From: Macrostomum lignano
Lineage: Eukaryota
Assembly (NCBI GenBank): GCA_002269645.1
Contig: NIVC01001313.1
Span: 1 to 64,000 of the forward strand
Reading direction: 5' to 3'
DNA length: 64,000 nucleotides
Shown: piece by piece, positions 11,683 to 23,945 of the stretch
Position numbering within the stretch: the stretch's first letter is position 1
Layout: each line of letters starts with the position of its first letter
The notes under the pieces: generated by a model
Told to the model about the DNA's origin: nothing
What the model saw: the letters and a program-made list of their open reading frames with translations, nothing else
The model's database searches: none
Position numbers and translations under genes: made by a program

Positions 11683-13590
11683 GGTTTAGGGAAATTCCTG
11701 ATGAAGTTTAGGGAAATTCCTGATGAAGTTTAGGGAAATTCCTGATGAAGTTTAGGGCGATTCCTTATGAAGCTTAGGGCGATTCCTGATGAAGTTTAGG
11801 GAAATTCCTGATGAAGTTTAGGGAAATTCCTGATGAAGCTTAGGGAAATTCCTGATGAAGTTTAGGGAAATTCCTGATGAAGCTTAGGGAAATTCCTGAT
11901 GAAGTTTAGGGAAATTCCTGATGAAGCTTAGGGCGATTCCTGATGAAGTTTAGGGCGATTCCTGATGAAGTTTAGGGAAATTCCTGATGAAGTTTAGGGA
12001 AATTCCTGATGAAGTTTAGGGAAATTCCTGATGAAGTTTAGGGAAATTCCTGATGAAGCTTAGGGCGATTCCTGATGAAGCTTAGGGCGATTCCTGATGA
12101 AGCTTAAGGCGATTCCTGATGAAGCTTAGGGCGATTCCTTATGAAGTTTAGGGCGATTCCTTATGAAGCTTAGGGAGATTCCTTATGAAGCTTAGGGACA
12201 TTCCTGATGAAGTTTAGGGAAATTCCTGATGAAGTTTAGGGCGATTCCTGATGAAGTTTAGGGACATTCCTGATGAAGTTTAGGGAAATTCCTGATGAAG
12301 TTTAGGGAAATTCCTGATGAAGTTTAGGGAAATTCCTGATGAAGTTTAGGGAAATTCCTGATGAAGCTTAGGACGATTCTTGATAAAGTTTAGGGCGATT
12401 CCTGATGAAGCTTAGGGAAATTCCTGATGAAGTTTAGGGAAATTCCTGATGAAGCTTAGGGAAATTCCTGATGAAGCTTAGGGCGATTCCTGATGAAGCT
12501 CAGGGCGATTCCTGATGAAGCTTAGGGCGATTCCTTATGAAGTTTAGGGAGATTCCTGAAGTTTAGGGAGATTCCTTATGAAGCTTAGGGAAATTCCTGA
12601 TGAAGTTTAGGGAAATTCCTGATGAAGTTTAGGGAAATTCCTGATGAAGCTTAGGGCGATTCCTGATGAAGCTTAGGGCGATTCCTGATGAAGCTTAAGG
12701 CGATTCCTGATGAAGCTTAGGGCGATTCCTTATGAAGTTTAGGGCGATTCCTTATGAAGCTTAGGGCGATTCCTTATGAAGCTTAGGGCGATTCCTGATG
12801 AAGTTTAGGGCGATTCCTGATGAAGTTTAGGGAAATTCCTGATGAAGTTTAGGGAAATTCCTGATGAAGTTTAGGGAAATTCCTGATGAAGCTTAGGGAA
12901 ATTCCTGATGAAGTTTAGGGAAATTCCTGATGAAGCTTAGGGCGATTCCTGATGAAGCTTAGGGCGATTCCTGATGAAGCTTAAGGCGATTCCTGATGAA
13001 GCTTAGGGCGATTCCTTGTGAAGTTTAGGGCGATTCCTTATGAAGCTTAGGGCGATTCCTTATGAAGCTTAGGGCGATTCCTGATGAAGTTTAGGGCGAT
13101 TCCTGATGAAGTTTAGGGACATTCCTGATGAAGTTTAGGGAAATTCCTGATGAAGTTTAGGGAAATTCCTGATGAAGTTTAGGGAAATTCCTGATGAAGT
13201 TTAGGGAAATTCCTGATGAAGCTTAGGACGATTCTTGATAAAGTTTAGGGCGATTCCTGATGAAGTTTAGGGAAATTCCTGATGAAGTTTAGGGAAATTC
13301 CTGATGAAGTTTAGGGAAATTCCTGATGAAGCTTAGGGCGATTCCTGATGAAGCTCAGGGCGATTCCTGATGAAGCTTAGGGCGATTCCTTATGAAGTTT
13401 AGGGAGATTCCTGAAGTTTAGGGAGATTCCTTATGAAGCTTAGGGCAATTCTTGATGAAGCTTAGGGCGATTCCTGATGAAGCTTAGGGCGATTCCTTAT
13501 GAAGTTTAGGGAGATTCCTGAAGTTTAGGGAGATTCCTTATGAAGCTTAGGGCGATTCCTGATGAAGTTTAGCGCGATTCCTGATTAAGC
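11683..13590. repeat. 22-nt minisatellite (TGATGAAGTTTAGGGAAATTCC and variants)
   Basis: Directly visible; variant blocks recur, suggesting higher-order duplication. Confidence 0.95.
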
Positions 13591-13732
13591 ATAAGAACGA
13601 TTCCTAATGAAGTTTGGAAGAGGGGTTCTTTTCCAAGGGCGATTTATTTTCGAAACAGATTTGACTAACCAGACTTCTAGGGTGATTCGACCGGCAAAGA
13701 AGACGACTCAAAAATTTGCGATCAATGTTCAT

Positions 13733-14250
13733 TCACGCAAACGCCAATCCAATAAAGAAGCCGCCAACAAAAGTGGTGCCGAAGCAGGCATTGGGGCCCG
13801 CCAAGAAATGGCGCGCTCTGTCTAGCAGGCCGCCGCCACCGCGGGCCCCGCCGCCCCCCATAGCGCCGGCCGCAGCGGCAACCTCCGCCTCCTGTACAAA
13901 CTGGCGTCCCAGCTGATTCAACCGGGTCCAATTCACCGTTACAACTCCGCGCTGTTGAGCAATCTGCAGACAGATGATGCCGCCGCCAAGCACCAAAGCG
14001 GCTGTGCGGCCAACCCGGCCAACCAGGTAGCCTGTCAGGCAGCCGCCCGCGCCACCGATCATCGCCTGCTGGCCGGGCGTGGCGTCAGCCAGCCTGCGAG
14101 AGGCTTCGGCGGCCGCCGTGGCCAGCTGACTGCCCACACCGCCGGAGCCGTCGCTGCTGCCGCTGCCTCCCGCTGAGTCCGACGCCGACGGCGGCGAGAG
14201 CAACTCGTCGGCCGGATCGGCCGCCTCCTGACCGGAGTGTGGCTGAGTCT
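13733..14250 (-). CDS. FUNDC1: FUN14-domain mitochondrial outer-membrane protein (main exon; 5' end not located)
   Basis: QAMIGGAGGCLTGYLVGRVGRTAALVLGGGIICLQIAQQRGVVTVNW...FGTTFVGGFFIGLA matches the FUN14 pattern of FUNDC1/2. The ORF N-terminus (14250-14542) is a 33-nt repeat. FUNDC1 and FUNDC2 cannot be distinguished here. Confidence 0.88.
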
Positions 14251-14530
14251 GCAGTGTTTGGTTTGCACAGTGTGGCTGAGTATGCAGTGTTTGCTTTGCA
14301 CAGTGTGGCTGAGTCTGCAGTGTTGAGTTTGCACAGTGTGGCTGAGTCTGCAGTGTTTGGTTTGCACAGTGTGGCTGAGTCTGCAGTGTTGGGATTGCAC
14401 AGTGTGGCTGAGTATGCAGTGTTGGGTTTGCACAGTGTGGCTGAGTCTGCAGTGTTGGGTTTGCACAGTGTGGCTGAGTATGCAGTGTTGGGTTTGCACA
14501 GTGTGGCTGAGTCTGCAGTGTTGGGTTTGC
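14236..14530. repeat. 33-nt minisatellite overlapping the FUNDC acceptor region
   Basis: Unit TGCACAGTGTGGCTGAGTCTGCAGTGTTGGGTT, about 9 copies. Confidence 0.93.
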
Positions 14531-15116
14531 ATTATAGAGCAATACATTTTAGAAATGCAAACTACAACGAAGCAAATAAAAGCAAGAATTTAGAAAATTT
14601 GTGCAAAACATAACGCACAGAAAAATGTATATTTGAAAGTCTAAATTAAAACTACTGCAATGGTTAGCAAAATTTTTAAACTAATTATTAGTACATATTT
14701 GAGCTAAGTTAAGCCGCTTTAGATCGAGTGAAAACTAACATGCAGAAACGATTGACCGCAATCACACAGATACAAAAATTGCATTGAAAACTTTATAAAG
14801 AACTTGGATTTAGGTAACTCTTCGAAAATTATTTGCTAGTTTGATGCGGACCTTAATCAACTGGCAAAATAGATTAAAGATTGAATTATAAAACAGTTAA
14901 TAATGTGAAAATACTGCAGTTGCATTATTGCAATTAAATGTTTGAGAAGCCCGACTAAAAACAGACAGACTCGAACTAAACTGAAAAAAATTAATTAAAA
15001 ACAATAAAATACTTTCAATTGCACAAAAGCGAGGCTGCAAAAATGTTGGAGATTGTTATTTGGATAAAATCCACCTTGAAATCAACTTTTTCAGAGATAC
15101 CTTGAATTGAATGACA

Positions 15117-15806
15117 GCGATTCTGTGTGATGGTTGGGGGCGATTCTGTGTGATGGTTGGGGGCGATTCTGTGTGATGGTTGGGGCGATTCTGTGTGATG
15201 GTTGGGGCGATTCTGTGTGATGGTTGGGGGCGATTCTGTGTGATAGTTGGGGGCGATTCTGTGTGATGGTTGGGGGCGATTCTGTGTGATGGTTGGGTAC
15301 GATTCTGTGTGATGGTTGGGGCGATTCTGTGTGATGGTTGGGGGCGATTCTGTTGATGGTTGGGGGCGATTCTGTGTGCTGGTTGGGGGCGATTCTGTGT
15401 GATGGTTGGGGGCGATTCTGTTGATGGTTGGGGGCGATTCTGTGTGATAGTTGGGGGCGATTCTGTGTGATGGTTGGGGGCGATTCTGTGTGATGGTTGG
15501 GGGCGATTCTGTGTGATGGTTGGGGGCGATTCTGTGTGATGGTTGGGGGCGATTCTGTTGATGGTTGGGGGCGATTCTGTGTGCTGGTTGGGGGCGATTC
15601 TGTGTGATGGTTGGGGGCGATTCTGTGTGATGGTTGGGGGAGATTCTGTGTGATGGTTGGGGGCGATTCTGTGTGCTGGTTGGGGGCGATTCTGTGTGAT
15701 GGTTGGGGGCGATTCTGTGTGCTGGTTGGGGGCGATTCTGTGTGATGGTTGGGGACGATTATGTCTGCTGGTTGGGGGCGATTCTGTGTGATGGTTGGGG
15801 GCGATT
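15117..15806. repeat. 23-nt minisatellite (GGCGATTCTGTGTGATGGTTGGG)
   Basis: Directly visible. Confidence 0.95.
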
Positions 15807-16491
15807 CATTGCGATTTCAGAAGCAATTAGCATGTTGAATTTAATCCAAGGGGCCAAACAGCTGCATCAAACAGTGCAAAGTTATTATAACAAAAACTAC
15901 ACAGTCAGTGCCTGTTTCCAGTGGTGCTACAGGAAGCCATACGATAGCTGTAAGCCAATCGCTGATGATGCAGCGCAGACTCCCGTTTCTCGTTTGAGTA
16001 GCGCAGCGATGAACTAACAGCTCTCCAAGGTGTTGTGCTGTAATAATTATCTAAAAAATGTAATTAGAAGTTTGGTTGAAAACGGGTGGCTAGTAACTAG
16101 CTCGGCCTAAAAAATCTTGGACGACGCCAATCAAACGAATAATTTTTTTAACAATTTGAGTGAAAATCGGTTTAATTTGAAAGAATCTCCAGATATTTAA
16201 AATATTGATTAGAAATCTAACCCGAATATTGCTTATTTAATCAAAAATTACCATAGACAACAGATTCCCGGCTCAAAATAGTACAATTTTTAACGATTAA
16301 ATAAGCAATCGTATTTTATATAACAAGACAATAAAAAATACACTTAGATTGGTTGCTCCACAGCCCCCCCCCCCAATTTTCATAGACAATGAAAAGCATT
16401 TTTTCAAAGGCTGGATCAAGGAGTTCTATAACTAACATCTGGACTGGAATACCGGTATGTCTGCTCCACGACCTGCTCGCTCTACACAATC

Positions 16492-16789
16492 AATAATAAT
16501 TGATTACACCTGCCCTAATAGGCAGATGTGCAACCGACAGCTCAGCCGCAGCTATTGCGCGGTGCATCTGAAGGCTGCGTACGGCTGTTCATTCCAAGGA
16601 CTGGGGGGTCGCCACACACACCCTTAATTACCCCAGCTAATGCTGGCACCCATTTTACAGCTGGGTGAACTGAAGCAATGCAAATTTAAGTGTCTTGCTT
16701 AAGGACACAAATTGTTCCTGTGGGATCGGGAATCGAACCCCCGATCTTCCAGTCGTGAGTCCGATGCTCTGACCACTGGGCTACAACCC
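16492..16789 (-). mobile_element. tRNA-derived SINE with a CORE-like central domain
   Basis: Minus strand reads GGGTTGTAGCCCAGTGG (box A)...GGTTCGATTCC (box B), then GCAAGACACTTAA...TTCAGTTCACCCAGCTGTAAAATGGGT and an (ATT)n tail. A second copy lies at about 45337-45640. Confidence 0.82.
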
Positions 16790-17574
16790 AACCCCTTAAG
16801 TTGTAGCTTTCAGCAGAAAGCCAAACGCAAACAAACGAATAAGTACACTTTTCTGTAACTATTGGCTGGTTTAAGTTGCTTAGTTTGTTTGCTTTTGTTC
16901 CCCACCGAGTTTTTTGCCGTTGTGCTGGTTTTTTGTTGATAAATTTCTTATTCTCGGTTCCACTCCAGATGCTAATTATAGAACTCCTTGGCTGGATTCT
17001 CCCACTAAAAATTGAATTGCTTGCCACTAGGCCAATTGGCTTGGAAAATGCTCTTCGATATCATTATCTACACATGCAGTTGTCAGTTCGAATTTTGAGG
17101 TCCGCAGACACAAGCAAAATGATTGGTGATCGAATCAAGTTCCTAGTTCATTATTGAACTTATCGAATAATGAAACCGGATTAGGTGAATCAGCTGGTAC
17201 ACTGGAGATTGAGCAGGCACAACAAACTTATACATATATACGCACTTCACCTTGTAATCGATATGGGCAATATATCAATCAAATCAGAACATCCGAAGCT
17301 TCAATTGAAAGAATTGGGTAAAATTAAATTTTATAAATAAAGGGAAGCATATTTAAACAGGGATAATACTGTTTTCTATTATATTTTACCCAGCCAATAT
17401 CAGACTACTCGCGGGTCAGTTGAATAAAGTTGAATACAAGCTAACTGGCCTGAATACTGTATGACATCCTTCTTCCCATCAGTACAGGATGGAGCATCTT
17501 GGGCTTGCTCTTCATCAATTTGAGGAGCACCAGCTCCATCTGCTTCCCACTCTCTGCTGCCGCCTCCACCTCCG

Positions 17575-17810
17575 TCTCCATCCATTTATCTCCCTTTCAT
17601 CTATCGCTTATCTCCGTCTCTCCCTCTCCATCCATTTATCTCCCTTTCATCTATCGCTTATCTCCGTCTCTCCCTCTCCATCCATTTATCTCCCTTTCAT
17701 CTATCGCTTATCTCCGTCTCTCCCTCTCCATCCATTTATCTCCCTTTCATCTATCGCTTATCTCCGTCTCTCCCTCTCCATCCATTTATCTCCCTTTCAT
17801 CTATCGTCTA
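17575..17810. repeat. 50-nt pyrimidine-rich tandem repeat
   Basis: TCCATTTATC recurs at 17581, 17631, 17681... Confidence 0.9.
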
Positions 17811-17855
17811 TCTTCCTCTCCTTCCCCGCCTATCTCCCTCTCTCCATCTCCCTCT

Positions 17856-19779
17856 CTCGATGCCCCACACCGCAGTACTCCCAGCCGCACTCACTGTCTC
17901 TCCGATGCCCCACACCGCAGCACTCTCAGCCGCACTCACTGTCTCTCCGATGCCCCACACCGCAGCACTCTCAGCCGCACTCACTGTCTCTCCGATGCCC
18001 CACACCGCAGTACTCCCAGCCGCACTCACTGTCTCTCCGATGCCCCACACCGCAGTACTCTCAGCCGCACTCACTGTCTCTCCGATGCCCCACACCGCAG
18101 CACTCCCAGCCGCACTCACTGTCTCTCCGATGCCCCACACCGCAGCACTCCCAGCCGCACTCACTGTCTCTCCGATGCCCCACACCGCAGTACTCCCAGC
18201 CGCACTCACTGTCTCTCCGATGCCCCACACCGCAGTACTCCCAGCCGCACTCACTGTCTCTCCGATGCCCCACACCGCAGCACTCCCAGCCGCACTCACT
18301 GTCTCTCCGATGCCCCACACCGCAGTACTCCCAGCCGCACTCACTGTCTCTCCGATGCCCCACACCGCAGTACTCCCAGCCGCACTCACTGTCTCTCCGA
18401 TGCCCCACACCGCAGTACTCCCAGCCGCACTCACTGTCTCTCCGATGCCCCACACCGCAGCACTCCCAGCCGCACTCACTGTCTCTCCGATGCCCCACAC
18501 CGCAGTACTCCCAGCCGCACTCACTGTCTCTCCGATGCCCCACACCGCAGTACTCCCAGCCGCACTCACTGTCTCTCCGATGCCCCACACCGCAGCACTC
18601 CCAGCCGCACTCACTGTCTCTCCGATGCCCCACACCGCAGCACTCCCAGCCGCACTCACTGTCTCTCCGATGCCCCACACCGCAGTACTCCCAGCCGCAC
18701 TCACTGTCTCTCCGATGCCCCACACCGCAGTACTCCCAGCCGCACTCACTGTCTCTCCGATGCCCCACACCGCAGTACTCCCAGCCGCACTCACTGTCTC
18801 TCCGATGCCCCACACCGCAGTACTCCCAGCCGCACTCACTGTCTCTCCGATGCCCCACACCGCAGTACTCCCAGCCGCACTCACTGTCTCTCCGATGCCC
18901 CACACCGCAGCACTCCCAGCCGCACTCACTGTCTCTCCGATGCCCCACACCGCAGCACTCCCAGCCGCACTCACTGTCTCTCCGATGCCCCACACCGCAG
19001 TACTCCCAGCCGCACTCACTGTCTCTCCGATGCCCCACACCGCAGTACTCCCAGCCGCACTCACTGTCTCTCCGATGCCCCACACCGCAGTACTCCCAGC
19101 CGCACTCACTGTCTCTCCGATGCCCCACACCGCAGTACTCCCAGCCGCACTCACTGTCTCTCCGATGCCCCACACCGCAGTACTCCCAGCCGCACTCACT
19201 GTCTCTCCGATGCCCCACACCGCAGTACTCCCAGCCGCACTCACTGTCTCTCCGATGCCCCACACCGCAGTACTCCCAGCCGCACTCACTGTCTCTCCGA
19301 TGCCCCACACCGCAGTACTCCCAGCCGCACTCACTGTCTCTCCGATGCCCCACACCGCAGCACTCCCAGCCGCACTCACTGTCTCTCCGATGCCCCACAC
19401 CGCAGTACTCCCAGCCGCACTCACTGTCTCTCCGATGCCCCACACCGCAGTACTCCCAGCCGCACTCACTGTCTCTCCGATGCCCCACACCGCAGCACTC
19501 CCAGCCGCACTCACTGTCTCTCCGATGCCCCACACCGCAGCACTCCCAGCCGCACTCACTGTCTCTCCGATGCCCCACACCGCAGTACTCCCAGCCGCAC
19601 TCACTGTCTCTCCGATGCCCCACACCGCAGTACTCCCAGCCGCACTCACTGTCTCTCCGATGCCCCACACCGCAGTACTCCCAGCCGCACTCACTGTCTC
19701 TCCGATGCCCCACACCGCAGTACTCCCAGCCGCACTCACTGTCTCTCCGATGCCCCACACCGCAGTACTCCCAGCCGCC
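17856..19779. repeat. 45-nt minisatellite, about 42 near-identical copies, each with a GTGAGT donor on the minus strand
   Basis: Unit TCCGATGCCCCACACCGCAGTACTCCCAGCCGCACTCACTGTCTC. Confidence 0.97.
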
Positions 19780-22700
19780 AATCAAGGCCGCAGGCTGCAG
19801 CAGCGGACGAGCTCCGCCTGTGGAGACAGAACCCAACGAAGGAGACGCAGTCGTCGATGCCGATAGTCGAAGCTTATCAAGCAGTTCGACAGCTCCGGCT
19901 GCTACGGCAGATCGTCTAGACCGAATTAAACTGGCCAGCGCGGCGAGAAACTCTGGCTTGGCAGCAGCAGCAGAGGCGGCATCGGACAAGGCAGCTAGAA
20001 AAGCCAAACCGACCTCCTGAATCTCTTCGGCACTGATGCCTCCGTCCGGATCGGATAGCCCGCCACCCGACAGCCGCCTGCCGCAGGCGTCGTACTCGTC
20101 GGCATCATTGGCCAGCCGGATCGCTGCGGCGGCCAATTCGACAATTCCACCATTGACGAGGGCAACGCGCCAACGGTCGGCCAGAGCGACCAGGTTGCGG
20201 CAGAGGCCCAGGCTGGCCTTCAATAGCGGACGGCCGCACGGCAAGCCGTCAGCAGGCGTTGCTGATTTTACTGGACGACTCAACAGGCGAAGCAGCGCGT
20301 TTGGGCCGTCGCAGTTGAAGAATTCCTCGGCTGCTTGGTCCGCCTTTAAAGCGATTTTGGAACATTGTGAGAGGATAATAAAGATGATGATGAAATGGCA
20401 TTCCAAACTGACGACTGGGATCAATAATACAGACAGGATTTAAGATTTATAAATATGGAATCACGATTTGAGGATCAGAGATATGGGGTCACAATTTGAG
20501 GATCAGAGAGATAGGGGATCACGATTTGAGGATCAGAGATATAGGATCACAATTTGAGGATCAGAGAGATATGGAATCACAATTGAGGATCAGATATCAG
20601 ATAGGATACAGTTAGCGGGTTAGAGCAGCCACACAACCAACCAGCGGGTGGTCCCTAGTCACGTGACGCAGAGCGCAAACTAGCGGCTCGGCGAATTCCT
20701 CGCGAACGCCTGGCCGAATGGACAGCAGCGCCACAGTCAGGGCGGCTGATCCTCCAGCTTGAACAACGGCCCGCTTGCAGGGCCGGCTGCCGCAGGTGAG
20801 GTTGCACAGCAGGCCGGCTGCGCAGGTGGCCGTGTCAGCGTCTGGCGAGGTTAGCAGCCCAGTAAGACGGACGAGCAGATCGATGATGAGGCCTGCGAGT
20901 AGGGAGGGGAGGAGGAGGTGCCGAGTAAAGAGCGGGGTTCAGCAGAGGGCCGACAATGGATATAACAATTTTAATAATGCTAATGTCAATGCTAACATTA
21001 ACAATGTTGTTAATATCTAACACGTACTCTCACACACGCTCACACAGGGTGTACAGCGGGTTTTTACTGACTTTCTAATCATCAGGCATGTACACTCTGT
21101 GCCTTGGGCGCTGGCCCTCACGGGTTGTGAATCGCACAACATATCGGCTGGCACACAGCAGGCACCATGGAGACCTTACTAACAGAAATCCTCTTACCAG
21201 ACGCCAGCGAGCCTTCAAAGCAGCAGCAGTTGCTGAGATTGCGCAGCGGCCACAGGCAGCTGAGCAGTAGGCGAGGAGACGCGCCTGGCAACACAGCCTG
21301 GCCGGCCAGAGCTTCAAAACAGCCGGCGCGAATCACGGCCGACTTGCCGTTGGGCTCGACAGTCAGGGAGCGAAGCAGGCGAGCCGCGGCAACCAGCAGG
21401 TTTTGAACGTCCAGCTCCAGCAGGCGGCGCTTGGTTGCCGAATCACCTGCGGCACGAAACCAGTAATTTGCATGCTATGAAGACCTGTAGCTTAATGGTG
21501 CGGATTCAGTGGCACGGAGGTAGCGGAGAGGCAGATTTAGGACAGTGAAGAGGCAGATTTCGGACAGTGAAGAGGTAGATTTCGGACAGTGAAGAGGTAG
21601 ATTCGTACAGTTAAGAGGCAGATTCGGACAGTGAAGAGGCTGATTCGGACAGTGAAGAGGCAGATTTGGACAGTGAAAAGGCAGATTTCGGACAGTGAAG
21701 AGGCAGATTCGAACACAGGAGAGGCAGATTCGGACAGTTAAGAGGCAGATTCGAACACAGGAGAGACAGATTCGGACAGTTAAGAGGCAGATTCGGACAG
21801 TTAAGAGGCAGATTCGAACACAGGAGAGGCAGACTCGGACAGTTAAAAGGCAGATTCGGGCAGTTAAGAGGAAGATTCGGACATTTAAGAGGCAGATTCG
21901 GACAGTTAAAAGGCAGATTCGGACAGTGAATAGGCAGATTCGGACAGTGAAGAGGCAGATTCGGACAGTGGAGAGGCAGATTCGGACAGTTAAGAGGCAG
22001 ATTCGAACACAGGAGAGGCAGATTCGGACAGTTAAGAGGCAGATTCGGATAGTGAATAGGCAGATTCGGACAGTGAAGAGGCAGATTCGGACACAAGAGA
22101 GGGAGACTCTGCCCAGCTGCTCACCGAATGCCAGCAGCTGCAGGCAGTCAGCAGCGGATGCCAGCAGTCGGACATCGGCAAGGCCCAGCAAACCGGCCAG
22201 CAGCGGCAGGCCGGGCCTGGCGGATCGGCGCGCCTCCGGCACGCTGGCCAGCAGCCGGCGAAGGCAGGTGAGCGAGTGACTCAGCGACTGCGGATCCGTG
22301 ATGGCGGAGAGAAGCAGGGCTGGCGCAGACCTGCAAGAGTGGGTTTTAGTCAGTCAGGTATGTTTTACAGAAGGATTGGCTGCTTTGGGGCCGTGGGCAC
22401 AGGCCCACGCTCACACAGGGTGTACAGCGGCCCCAACTTTCTCATCGTCTGTGCCTTGGGGTGTTGGTGGGCTCATTGGTGTGAATGGCCCCGAATGAAT
22501 GTGGAATCAAACCCTCAATTGTTGTGGCGCGAGGATCAGCCTTAAGTACTTTACCTGCCACACACTCTGCCGCACCGCCAGATGGCCAAGCAGCCCCGCT
22601 CCGACTGGCTAATATGGCACAGTGCCGTCGCCGACAGACGCTTCGCCTCCTCGCCGCTGCTACTGCTGTCATCGTAGCGACAGTCCAGACGGGCCAGCAG

Positions 22701-23039
22701 AGCAGCCAGGAGATCCGGCTGGTCAATGAATGCCAGCCTACAGGCCTGCTTGCGGCTCAGCAGAGCGGCCAGCGCGGCGGCACCGTGAGCGGCGGTTGTC
22801 GACTCTGCCTCAGACTGAGACGGGTCGCCAACAAGCAACGCGGCCAGGTGGCTAGCGGCGTCGGCAGCGGCATCAGCGTCGATCTGATAATCAATCAGCA
22901 GCTCTACGGCGACTGCCAGGGCAGCCGACGGCGCCGACAGGCGGTTAACGCAGCTAGCGGTGGTCGTGGCATCGGCGGAGGCGACGTCTGGAAAGAAGGC
23001 CTGTTGGAGTCGAGCTGCCCGGCTGCCGCAGGCTGGCAT
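19740..23039 (-). CDS. CTNNB1-like: Highly divergent beta-catenin/armadillo paralogue
   Basis: Exons 23039-22555, 22330-22125, 21446-21198, 20892-20642 and 20343-19740, all GT-AG with phases 2,1,1,0. Colinear with beta-catenin: RAARLQQAFFPD (RAQRVRAAMFPE), LLIDYQIDAD (LINYQDDAE), LSRKQACR (LSKKEASR), DCLQLLAFG (DCLQILAYG), CLWPLRNLSN (CLWTLRNLSD), TCAAGLLCNLTC (TCAAGILSNLTC), EPLVCALRHVT (EPAICALRHLT), PLLKASLGLCRNL (PLIKATVGLIRNL). A last exon at about 17540-17400 is possible but uncertain. Confidence 0.9.
21530..22095. repeat. 21-nt minisatellite in beta-catenin-like intron 2 (GGCAGATTCGGACAGTGAAGA)
   Basis: Directly visible. Confidence 0.93.
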
Positions 23040-23109
23040 GCTGGCTGGCTGCAGATTGGGGTGCGGGTCGAGGAATTTTGGAAACAATCTGCTTTTAGTG
23101 ATTTGACAG

Positions 23110-23945
23110 AGCCCCTGAATCCTTCCCTGAGCCCCTGAATCCTTCCCTGAGCCCCTGAATCCTTCCCTGAGCCCCTGAATCCTTCCCTGAGCCCCTGAAT
23201 CCTTCCCTGAGTACCTGAATCCTTCCCTGAGCCCCTGAATCCTTCCCTGAGTCCCTGAATCCATCCCTGAGTACCTGAATCCTTCCCTGAGCCCCTGAAT
23301 CCTTCCCTGAGTCCCTGAATCCTTCCCTGAGTCCCTGAATTCTTCCCTGAGCCCCTGAATCCTTCCCTGAGCCCCTGAATCCTTCCCTGAGCCCATGGAT
23401 CCTTCCCTGAGCCCCTGAATCCTTCACTGAGCCCCTGAATTCTTCCCTGAGCCCCTGAATCCTTCCCTGAGCCCCTAGATCCTTCCCTGAGCCCCTGGAT
23501 CCTTCACTGAGCCCCTGAATCCTTCACTGAGCCCCTGAATCCTTCCCTGAGCCCCTGAATCCTTCCCTGAGCCCCTGAATCCTTCCCTGAGCCCCTGAAT
23601 CCTTCACTGAGCCCCTGAATCCTTCCCTGAGCCCCTGAATCCTTCCCTGAGCCCCTAAATCCTTCCCTGAGCCCCTGAATCCTTCCCTGAGCCCCTGAAT
23701 CCTTCCCTGAGCCCCCGAATCCTTCCCTGAGCCCCTGAATCCTTCCCTGAGTCCCTGAATCCTTATCTGAGTCCTTGAGTACCTGAATCTTTCACCGAGT
23801 ACCCGTATATTTTACTGAGTACCTGAATCTTTCACTGAGTCCTTGAATCTTTCACTGAGTATCTGAATCTTTCACTGAGTATCTGAATCTTTCACTGAGT
23901 ATCTGAATCTTTCACTGAGTATCTGAATCTTTCACTGAGTACCTG
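23110..23945. repeat. 20-nt minisatellite (GAGCCCCTGAATCCTTCCCT) between EXT2 and the beta-catenin-like gene
   Basis: Directly visible; drifts to GAGTATCTGAATCTTTCACT at the right end. Confidence 0.95.

Noticed and set aside
15900-16040. Possible minus-strand exon between beta-catenin and FUNDC1
   Set aside because: Several frames are partly open, with no recognisable homology or phase-compatible partner exon.
16715-16789. Functional tRNA-Val(CAC)
   Set aside because: Acceptor and anticodon stems are mispaired and the sequence runs into a SINE body present twice.
17489-20020. 650-840 aa plus- and minus-strand repeat ORFs
   Set aside because: 45-nt unit open in several frames; only the frame continuous with beta-catenin is considered.
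19740-23039. RAP1GDS1/SmgGDS or generic ARM protein call
   Set aside because: Exon-by-exon colinear motifs match beta-catenin specifically.
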